Below are positions 9,884 through 20,800 of a stretch of 64,000 nt of DNA, in pieces. Every line of letters starts with the position of its first letter. The stretch's first letter is position 1. The position numbers were made by a program, and so were the translations under genes. Where the stretch lies: positions 253,952,001 to 254,016,000 of the forward strand of contig CM097882.1 of the NCBI GenBank assembly GCA_044892505.1, given 5' to 3'. Under the pieces are notes generated by a model. It was not told where the DNA came from, made no database searches, and was given only the letters and a program-made list of their open reading frames with translations. The DNA comes from Schmidtea nova. Its lineage: Eukaryota.

Positions 9884-11296
9884 CTACTCCAACCATCCTT
9901 TCGTTGACTTCGTGTTCATCACTGTTGTACTTGCTTTCTTTTCGATCTCCAACTCTACATATAAGTTGTCATCGTACAACATTTCCCACATTGTTTGGTG
10001 TGGTATGAATTTTGGTTCTCCAGTCGCTAATGAACATTCTGTGGTTGGTCTTTTGTAAGCTTCGTGCTTACCATCAATTTTGAATATTCTCACGATCGTT
10101 TCTTTCGAGTTTTTGACTCTCATTATAGCCTTTGTTTCTAGTGGCCATTCTAATATGTCGTCGTAACCACCTTTACACAACGCAAAGAATAATGACACAT
10201 GCGTTTCCTTTCCTGATCCATCTCCATTTGGATAAATTCTCATCCGGACTTTGTATCCATTTTTCCACAGATAGAATGGTGGACTTGTTACCGACACCTG
10301 ACTTCCTGCTTTTGCTGCTGCGAACTTTTCGTTGAAATTCTTAATTTTCCATACATATGGTGCGACCGGTAAACTCTCGATATCCTCCGCGTCTCGCACC
10401 CACATTTGGTGTCGTACATTTACTTCCTTTACTAATGTCTCTATGACTTTGATTTTCTCCATCATTTTCTCTCTGGTGAGCTCGAATTGTTCTCTCGTTT
10501 CCAGCAATAACTCCGTCATTATCCTCTGAGATTCGATTTCTTTTCCCAGCTTCTGTATGGTTTGCTCCATTTCTTTTAAATTTTCTGTTAGCATCTCTGC
10601 GTGTTGTACTGTCTCTGTTTCTAAATGCTCTTTCATTTCTTTGCTCGTTTTCTTTACTACACATCCTTGTTTGCTCCATACGCACTTTCTTGGTCTTGAT
10701 TCGCATTGTTCCCAATGTTCTTTCAACATCACCTCTTCTCTGGCTCCACAATTACTTGGACAAATTCCTCTGAATTTTCCGCACACTTTCTCTTCTGCTA
10801 CGTTGAGATGCTCTGTTTCGATTACTTCTCTCGTCTCTTTCTGGGCACAGTATTGACACTCTATTATCTCTGCTTTGCACTCATCCTTGTGATTTTTCGA
10901 CTGCTTGATGGTTATCGTCTGTTGACACTTTTCACATATCGCTTTCTTGTTTTCGCATTTTCCCAGATGTTGTCTTAACTCAATTATTGGTCCTTTCCAT
11001 TCACATGGTTGGTTTATACACTCGGTTTTTATCTTCCAGATCTCCTTTTGTATTGCTTTATCTGGTTTCGTCTCGTTGATTAGTAGTTTATCGCCACACT
11101 CTGGACACTTTCTTGTCTCACTTTCACTGATTATTTGCAATATACACTTGGTGCACATCCTGCATCCACATTCCGTTTGTCTCGGTTTTAACAGTAGATT
11201 TTTACACTTTACACACGTCACATTTACTCCCCATTGTCGATTCTCTCTTCTTAGAATCTCGATTGTTTGGTAGTCTGCTTCGTTTTCTGCTCTCAT
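9884..11296 (-). CDS. TRAF: TRAF-family protein (RING, TRAF zinc fingers, coiled coil, MATH), 470 aa, intronless
   Basis: RING CVKC...CGCRMCTKC...CPEC; zinc fingers such as CINQPCEWKG...HLGKC and CVWSKQGC...H; MATH YVWKIKNF...SPPFY...GYKVRMRIYPNGDGSGKETHVSLFF...DDILEWP. Confidence 0.93.
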   Translation of the reverse strand: MRAENEADYQTIEILRRENRQWGVNVTCVKCKNLLLKPRQTECGCRMCTKCILQIISESETRKCPECGDKLLINETKPDKAIQKEIWKIKTECINQPCEWKGPIIELRQHLGKCENKKAICEKCQQTITIKQSKNHKDECKAEIIECQYCAQKETREVIETEHLNVAEEKVCGKFRGICPSNCGAREEVMLKEHWEQCESRPRKCVWSKQGCVVKKTSKEMKEHLETETVQHAEMLTENLKEMEQTIQKLGKEIESQRIMTELLLETREQFELTREKMMEKIKVIETLVKEVNVRHQMWVRDAEDIESLPVAPYVWKIKNFNEKFAAAKAGSQVSVTSPPFYLWKNGYKVRMRIYPNGDGSGKETHVSLFFALCKGGYDDILEWPLETKAIMRVKNSKETIVRIFKIDGKHEAYKRPTTECSLATGEPKFIPHQTMWEMLYDDNLYVELEIEKKASTTVMNTKSTKGWLE

Positions 11297-11385
11297 TCTA
11301 CAACAATATTTACATCAATTTCCCCATATTTTTGATTTTTCTGGTTCTTTATTTACACGTATTTACACAATTTTCCGCTTATTCA

Positions 11386-11736
11386 CTATACATCCTCCGT
11401 TGAATCTGGCTCTGGATACGCGTCTATCTCATTTACAATCCAGCTCGTCCAACTATCCGGTATCTCCTCCTCTTCATGTCTCGTTAATCGATCAATTTCC
11501 TCTGCTTGCCAGTTGTTTACTTCATTTAATGTTCGGTTCTCGTTCTGTAATTCGTTTATCTGTAGTTGTTGAATCTCGATTTTGTTCATTGCTTCGAAAT
11601 TACAGTTATAACTCTCGGTTAATAATTGCGTTTTTGCCGTCAACTGGCTCTGTAATTCATTTACTGTTCTGGCTAGCAGGTCACATTGTACTTTCCATCT
11701 TGTCATCATCGACATCTCTGTGGTTCCTTGATTCAT
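11386..11736 (-). CDS. Accessory 116-aa coiled-coil protein ending EPDSTEDV
   Basis: ATG ORF between the polyprotein and TRAF, heptad pattern, TAG|AAAAACGATG context. Confidence 0.6.
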   Translation of the reverse strand: MNQGTTEMSMMTRWKVQCDLLARTVNELQSQLTAKTQLLTESYNCNFEAMNKIEIQQLQINELQNENRTLNEVNNWQAEEIDRLTRHEEEEIPDSWTSWIVNEIDAYPEPDSTEDV

Positions 11737-11858
11737 CGTTTTTCTAGATTATATACATCATTCTCTTTTTCTGTTTTTATGTTTTATAATATTTATACCC
11801 ATACGTATACGGTTATGCATTGGTTTTTACAATATTATTTACACTCATATTCCACCCT

Positions 11859-14800
11859 CTATACAACTATTACTGGTTTTCCTTCGTACAGTTCCTCGTC
11901 CTCGATCTGTACCCACATCTCCTCGTGTTTCGATCGTCTTTTCAGTTCCTCTCGTACTTCTTTTGGTAGTTTTATGTTGTAGTTCGTGACCTTTACGTCT
12001 GGCCATTTTACTGCTATGGTCTTATTTCTCATGCCATATCTCCAACATACTATCATGATCGTTATCAGTGGGATACACGCTATGAATACTCCCATGCTGA
12101 TTAAACCCATTATTGTTTTCCCAATGCTCCTTCTTGGAGTCTCACTTTGGTTTATCATCACGCCATATTGACCTTTCCATTCTGCTTCCCATTGTTCATA
12201 TTGTTGTTGTCTCTGTCTGACTTCTTCGATCACTTTCTCTGGTTCCCATCTTTCTTGTTGATTTTGTAGTATTTCCTCCGTCTCTGTTTGTTCTCTTTTC
12301 TGACTCAATTCTCGGAATTCTAACTTGCGGGTTCTCCCCTTTATCGTTATGTTCCTTGGCGTGTAATAGGTTTCGCACCTTTCTTGTGGATTTCCTTGTG
12401 CATCTACTTCTTCGATTGCACACACTTCGTATTCTGCGTTTGTTTTCAACCTCCTCATTTCTACCTCGATTGTTTCCCTTTTATCATTTGATGTCTTTTG
12501 ACAGTTTCGTGGAGACTTTCCCATACTGTTTGGCATTAATGTCCAACAGATTTCTAGGACCTTTTTATGGATCTTCCATATTATCAGAGTCGTTGATTCC
12601 GGTTCGTTTTTTGTTGACGTCCCTTCTGTTGTCTGTTGAGTTCCTTGACTGTTGGTTGTCGTGGTTCTTCTTGACTTTCTTTTCCTTTGTCGACTTCCTC
12701 CCATTTCGATCGTTCTTGTACCGTTAATTTGCTCTGGCGTCTTGTACAGTCTGCACTCCAGGCTTCTTTGTATTACTTCTCTTATTCTTCGGATTACGCA
12801 AATTTCATATGCTTGTCCGACTTCGAATCCATTTAGTTGAAACGGGATTCCTCGTTCTCTCGTCCTGCATTGCGGTAGTACGTGACTGGTCGATACTCCG
12901 ATGTATTTTCTCCAACACATCCCAATTGTTCTCCGACCAATGTTTTTTATCTCCACGGTTACTACTTCATTCGCAATCGTTTCTTGATCTTGTTTCTTTC
13001 TTTTTGGGAACTCAATTATCTCCTTTGCTTGGAACACTTTACACTCGCTTGTTCCTGGTCTGTTTCCGTTTGCTGCCTTTTCCATGAGACATAGTTCACA
13101 TTTTCTATCTGTATCTATTTCGGTTATTTCGATTTCTTCATTTGTCTCTGCTTCTCGACTTTCTCTTGTTTCGCTGATTCCAATTACCTCATTGTTTCGT
13201 CCCCAACATCTTCCGTTCGTTGTTCGTTGGTCTTGGATATTTACTAACGTCATTACGCTAATATCTATGTCCTCCATGATTCTCTTAATGAGGATTAATA
13301 TTAATGCTACACATATCAATTCCGGTTGGAATGTTAATTTTCCCGCTGAATTTTTGGTTATTCTTTCTTTCTCCGTTCGGTTTCCGATTCCTTCTTCTGC
13401 TTCAGATTGATTCTTCCCTTTCTCCGATTCCACTTCTGTTCTTCTCGTTGTCTCTTCGCTTCTTTTCCCAATCCATTTCTGTATCTTTAGCGCTTCTGTT
13501 GCTTTATATAATTGACATGCAGTTACTTGAGGTGCTTTTGGTTCTCCTCTCTGCTTTACTGCGCATATTATGTATGATTTTTCTTTCTCCAATCCTTTGA
13601 TTTGGATGACGTCTCGCTTCAAATCTGATAATATACACTTCAGCGTATCGTTTTTCTTCAGATTTTCTTTCCAGCATATTCTTTCGTATACTTCATTTCC
13701 TCTGATTATTTCCAGCGTGACGTATTGTTTCTTGGCTTCGCCCTGTCCGATGATTGTTATCAATATCGCAATACACAACATTTCTGGTCTCAAAAGTAGA
13801 CTTCCTGTTCGTTTTCCATAGTTCGCATGTTCGTCTTTTGTTCCACTGTTTTCTCGTTCCTCTGCTTCTCCTTTCTTGTCGTTTCTTGTTGGCTTTGGTT
13901 CTTCTTGTCTTTCTTTTTCATTATCCTCTGTTCTTTTGTTGTCATTGTCTTCGTTGTTCTTTTCGCTGTTACTTTTGTCGTCGTAATCTCCGTAACCACC
14001 CCCTGGTCCTTTCGAAATGTCGTCCTCGACATTAATTTCTTCAATCAATCTTTCATACGCTTGAACCGCGAGTGTGCTAGACTCGAATTCACGTATTTCC
14101 ATATCCTTGGATGGTTCTATGTTTTCTAGTCCACTTTGCTTGATCGTTTCTTTGGCATTTGCCCATTCATTCACATATTTTCTGAACAAATCTTTCCATC
14201 TTCCCGTTCGTTCCTGTTCTTTTGGGTTGTTCGTAAATTTCAAATCTCTTCTCTTCAAGAATTCTTCTACTATCTCTGGCTTTTTGTGTCTTAGTAACGC
14301 GCTTCTGATACACCAATTCTGATTCTGTTCCATATTGTCATTGATCTTGAATGCCGGTTCCTTGGTGATCGGATTCACCCATGTTAGTAATGCTCTTGTT
14401 TTCTCTATGTCGTGTATCATTACTGTCAGACTGAAATTCTTTACGTTATTCGCCAGGTATTCTATCTCCTCTTGTCTCTTGATGGACTTTATGAACTTGA
14501 TCATTTCAAAGTTGTTCCATTGTATTGCGATATCTATGATGGAATTATTCTTTCCATTTTTCCCTTCGATTTTTGCTCCTGCTTCGTATAATTCACTTAG
14601 CGCTTTAAAGTTCGTCTTCTTTCTTGCTGCGATTATCATGATTGTATCTCCGTTATCATCAACCGTATTCATGTCCGCTTCGCATTTGACCATTGCTTTC
14701 GTTATTTCTAGCACTTCGTTTTCTTTCTTTCGACGTAATGCCCAGTGTATCGGCAATCTCCCATCCTTTGATAATAGGAATGCCACTGGCATTTGATTCT

Positions 14801-17800
14801 TGATCGTTTCTATGTCACTCTCGTTATAATCTCCTTGTGCGTATCTGTGCACTTTCTCTGTAATTGCTCCTAGTATCTCCAACGAGTTTTTATTCTCCTT
14901 GAATTCTGATAGTCTTTCTTGCGTTTTTGCTACGATTGCGTCTAGTCTCTCTTGATTATCAGCTTTTGCATTGAACAACACTGCTTTGCTTCTTATTCGC
15001 GTTTGCATCTGTTTCATTCGTTGGTCTTGATACACTGCTTGTCTGAAGAATTGTGCATACTTCAATGCTTCCATCAGCTCTTTATATCGCTTGCTTATTT
15101 CTTTGTGCTGCTTTTGGATGTCATAGAAATGTTCAAAGCTCATATCCGGATTCCATTGCTTATCACACCATTTCCTGATTAATCCGAATAATTCTTTCTT
15201 TCTGTCTTCCAACTTGTATTCTCTTGGGTTCTCGCTGACCCGTAGCGTATCTCTCGCTATTAACACTGCAAGTGTTTTTGGATCGTATGTTACTTCTAAT
15301 AGATGTTTCAGTAACACATTTTCTCCCCTTATGAACACTTCATTACAATCTATGACCCACGAATCTCCTTCTGGTCGTTTCCACTTTAGCAATATTCTCC
15401 AGGTTTTACTGTTCTTTACCCCGATTGCTTGTTTCATGATTGATCCTCTGGTTAGTTCATCGATTTCCCACGTGGCATTTTCCGTAATATACTTCAGTAT
15501 TCGGTGATTCGCTCTGTCAATTGCATGATTCAAGAATGTTCGTCCTTCTTTATCTTTTGCCATCCAATTCGATCTGGTGTTTCCGAATAGCTTGATTATT
15601 TCATCGTTTCTTCCGTGAATCGTCATCATCATGAGTGGAGTGATTCCTTCCCAATTCACTTTGTCAATTTCTCCTCCACCTTCGAGTATCATTTCCACGA
15701 TCTCTTTCACTTTTTCGTTTCCACTGTGCTTGATTGCATTATGTAACGCGGTATTACCATCTTTGTCTTGTAGATTCAATGTTTGAGGGATTTCCTCTAG
15801 CAGCGTTCTTGTTATTGGATGCGCTGTTCTGTCTTTTGCATACTCCATTACATACTTTCGAACTTCTGACAGTATATTGAAATCGAGCCACCATTTCCAT
15901 TCTGGTATAATTTCTCTGGTCCTCTTTGCCAGTTCTTTGATGTCTATTGCTTCTCTTCGATTGTCTTCTAGACTTGTTTGCGGCTTTTGTTGTACTCGCA
16001 ACATACTGATTCTCGCCGTCTGTGATCTTGTCATTACCCGTTTCTCTGGTGATAGAGTTGCTGTCTTTGGTATTTTCCTGCATCGACATGCATTCACGTA
16101 TATTGGTCTTACCAATGGATTGTTCACCAATCGTACTCGCACATTATTTTCATTCACTGTCGTGATTTCGTATGGCCCTTTGCCTGGTCGTTGGAGTTTC
16201 TTGACCGTACCGGGTATTATCTCTGGTGTCTCAATTATCACCCAATCTCCAACTTTTAAATCATGTGCTTTCACATTCTTTTTCTGATCATGTAGATCTT
16301 TATAACTCTCTTGATAGAACTTGATGTTTAGTTCCGCCGTTTTCCAGATTTCTTGCATTCTTTCTTTGAACTTTGTAACGTAATCGTCAACCTCCATGTA
16401 CTGTGATAATGGTGGTTGGTATTCTAAATCGATCGGTAAGTTGCAATCTCTTCCGTACATCAGTTGGAATGGACTTAGCTTTGTTGCCGCATGTATTGAC
16501 ATTCTATATGCCATTAAACACAGGTTTATATATTCATCCCAGTCAGTCTGATGTTTACTGACGTAATTCGACAACATGCGTATTAATGTTCCATTGAATC
16601 TTTCTGTTTGACCGTTCGTTTGCGGATGGTATGGGGATGTTCGTAATTTCGCAATTCGGAAGTAATTCGTAACTTCGTCTAATATTTCACTCATGAAATT
16701 CGTTCCTTGATCCGTTAGGATTTTCTTTGGTGTTCCGTATCTGCAGCATATCTCTTCCACCAATATTCTTGCGACTGTTTTCGCCTTTTGATCCGGTATT
16801 GCGAACGCTTCTGGGAACTTTGTTAGATAGTCTGTGACTACTAATATGTATTGATTTCCCTTCAAACTTTCCGGCAATGGTCCAACTACATCCATTGCTA
16901 TCGTCGCCATAGGTTCTGCAGGTATTGGCATTGGTTTTAGCGGTGTTTTCCACTTCGTTCCGACGTTCTTTCTTGTCGCACAGGTTAAGCAGTTCTTTAT
17001 CCATTCTTTCACATCATCTTCCATGGTTGGCCAAAAATACTTTTGTCTCAATCTCCCGATTGTCTTTTTCGCTGACATATGTCCGCCTAATTTTCCGTCA
17101 TGATATTGAGTCATGATTTCCTTTCGTCTATTCGCAGGTAAGCACATTAATCTTCGTTCTCCATCTTGTATCAATAACCATCCTTTTTCCATCACGTATC
17201 TATGTTGGTATTTTTGCATATGTTCGCGCAACGTTTGGTTCTTGCCGAATATTTCCAGTTCCCTTTCTTTCAGATACTTGCTGATCAATCCCAACTCCTC
17301 GTCTTCGAGTTGATCTTTCCTTAATTCGCTGAAATCCAGATCCTCCGCTATTAATGCACATATTTTCAGGGCGTTTAGGTTCACCAATTCTGGAAATGTA
17401 AACCTTGACATGCAATCCGCGTTTGCATTTGCTTTTCCTGCTTTAAACTTTATGAATGGCGAGTATTCTTGCAACTGCATCGCCCAACGCATCAATCTAC
17501 TTGATGATTCTTTATGTTGACCTAACCATACTAGCGGTTGATGATCCGTCGTGATATATATTTCATGACCCCACAGTAGGTACTTGAAATGCTTGATTGC
17601 CAATATTATCGCATAGGCTTCTCTTTCCGTGACTGAGTAATTCTTTTCATGCTTTCTGAATGTTCGACTGTAATATCCGATTACTCTTTCCTTGCCTTCT
17701 TCGTCAAATTGGCCTAGTACTGCTCCTGCTGCGTATCCACTTGCATCTGTTGCCAACAAAAATGGCTTCTTAAAATCTGGATGGACTAATATTGGTGCTG

Positions 17801-20800
17801 TAATCAGCTTATCTCGTAATGTTTCAAATGCTGCTTGCTGCTCTTCTCCCCATACAAACGACACATCTTGTCTTACCAATTCTTGCATTGGCTTTGATAT
17901 TCCTGCATAGTCCTTGATAAACTTGCGATAATATCCACACAATCCCAAAAATTCTTGTATTTGAGTCACTGTCTTTGGTGGTGGACATTCTTTGACTTTT
18001 TCGATATTCCTTGGATCTGGTTCTTTTCCTTTTGCTGATACAATGTGACCTAAGAATGTCACTTTTTCTTTTGCCCAATCGCACTTTGACGGCTTCAATT
18101 TCAGCTTCCACTGCCTCAATTTCACGAACACATTTCTGATGTCTTGTAAGTGATCTTCAAATGTTGCGGAGTAGATCAATAGATCGTCGATATACACCAT
18201 GCATTGTTTTATGCCATGTGTTACGAAATTCATGCATCTCTGGAATGATGCTGGCGCGTTTGTTAACCCAAACGGCATTTTCTTGAATTGGTACAGATCT
18301 CGTCCGATTGTAAATGCTGTCTTTTCTTTATCCTCGTCTTTCATTTTGATCTGCCAATATCCGCTTTTTAAATCCAGTGACGTGAAATAAGCTGCTCCTT
18401 GTAACGTCAATAACATTTCATTTATGTCTGGCAGTGGGTACGTATCTCTTTTCGTAACTGCGTTCAATCGTCTGTAATCGATACAGAATCTCTGAGTTCC
18501 ATCCTTCTTTTTTACCATCACCACTGGGAATTGCCAGGGTGAGCAACTAGGTTCGATGACCTCTGCATCTAACATCTTTTGTACCTCTTCTTCTGCCACT
18601 GCTTTTTGAGCTTCTGCCAATTTGTATGGTCGTAATGCGATTGGCGTTTCGTCCGTCAACGGTATCGTGTGTAATGTTACGTCACATGTTCCTAAATCCA
18701 GATCTGATGCTGCGAATATATCTTTATATTCCATCAACAGTTTCTGTAACTGTTCTTTTTGTCGTTCGTCTAACAACACACTGTCGATTTTCCATGGTAA
18801 TTCGTCTTTGCTTTTCTCGTTCTTGTCTGGTATTTCGATTTCGGACATGGGTGTCAATTTACCCAATCTCTCATTCTCGTATATTATCTTGTCCTCTTCG
18901 TCGAAGTTTACCAGATTGATCGGTATTTCTCCTTCTTGGTTTATCGTGACCAATTCTCTTGCTATTGGTAATTCTTTCTTTGCTTCGAACTTCTTACTTG
19001 GTTCGAATATCATGTCTCCTTTGATTGTCGAATCGATCTTGACGTAACACATCATTTCATGTCTCGCTGGCACTACTATTTGTTCCGCACTTGCCACTTT
19101 AACTTTCATCCTGCAGATTTTCCCTGTCCTATCTTTTAACTTCATTGCTCCTAGATCGATTACGATTTCCTTAAACAGGTCTGGCATCAGGTCAGTTCCA
19201 ATAATACATGGTACACTCAGCGATGGTATTACAGCGATGTACGTGTTGATTTCTGCACCTCGATGCTTAATTTTTACAAACCATCTTCCGGCTACTTCTA
19301 CTGTCTCCTGACTGCACGCGATTACATGTACATTCGTCTTCTCAATTTCTCCTTGGTTCTTCTCTGGTATATAATTAATGTCGATCGCCGAAATATTCGC
19401 GCCTGTATCGATCATCGCTTCGATTTCTCTTCCATTTATTTCTACGGTTGTTGTTAAAATCGGTCCCATGTTTGTGGACATAACCGCTATCGTGTGCGTG
19501 TCTTCTAACGAATTTACACTTCCACCTCGTTTTACTTTGCATCCTTCTGGAATTATCGGGTATATACTTGTCATCGGCATCATCTGCATCATATTCGGTT
19601 TCGCTTTGTATATCGGTTCGTTATACATTGACTGGGGTGGAGCACTGTATCTCCAATTCTCAACTGCACTCTTTTCGTTATACTGTGGAATCTGGTTTAT
19701 ATTCGCTTGTCCTCCTTGATCGTCATCGTCATCATCATCATTGCTTGAATCATCTTGTGTTCGATATCCCCTTACTCTTTCCCATAGTCCTTTTCTTTCT
19801 TTCTTTAGTTGTCGCCTTGCTTGTTCATCTTGCATTATCTTTTTGAATTTCCTTCCGACATCTTCATTTGTTCCTCTCATTTTTGCAAGTATCTTTAACA
19901 ACCTCTTTATTCGATGTATGTCTTTTGAGTGTCCGTGTAACACCATCGTTTTCGCAAGGAATGGCAAAAATCCTACTACCATCTTCCAATTCACTTTCTT
20001 CTCTCTCTTGTAGATATCGAAACACGCTAACATTTGCGTTATTATCACCCTGACGATTTGTATTATCAATATAACACCCAGTATTCCAGCCATCATTTGT
20101 CCAAATATCAGGAATCTTCCCCACATTGCCTTCATCATATTTTCTGTGGCTTTCTTGAAATGTGCCGGTGACAACAACAGTTCGTAATTCGGTCCTTCTC
20201 GATAATTCGTTCCTCCCGTTATTGTTACGATATTTGACAGTAATGCTTCTCTTCTTGCCGGGAATAATATATTCTGCCTTGCCGCTTCTAAATCTTTTGG
20301 ACTATAGATTCCGTTGTTTGAGACATCTACGTCACTGAACTGTCTATCCTTTGACAACTGCATTAGCTCAAATTCTCTTGGTGCTAATACTTCAGTTCTT
20401 CCTGGGAACATGACCCATTTGCCATCTGGCTTCTGATAAAGCGGTCCGTACGCGTTACTACAGTTGAACGGATTTGGTTCAAAACTTGGTGGATTGATGA
20501 TTCTCGTCACCGGTTGAACGTATCGTACTTTTCCTTTATAATCGATTTCTAGTTCGTTTGTACATTGTCCAGGTTTCAACTGCGTTGTTGCTGCTAGCGA
20601 TGCGTGTGTCTTTTCGCAAATGTATACATACATTGCTTCTCCGACCACTCTTCCGAAATGTCCTTCTCTCAGTGGTAATAATGGCATCGCGCTATCTGGA
20701 TTCGTAATCGCTACGGCCAACTTTGTCTTTAATATTTCTCGATTCAATATACAATCGTTGTTTATCAGATCATAGTACACTTTTTGCAATGAGGCTTGTC

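Noticed and set aside
18840-19110. dUTPase between PR and RT
   Set aside because: No dUTPase catalytic motifs are visible; it is treated as the usual Gypsy post-protease spacer.
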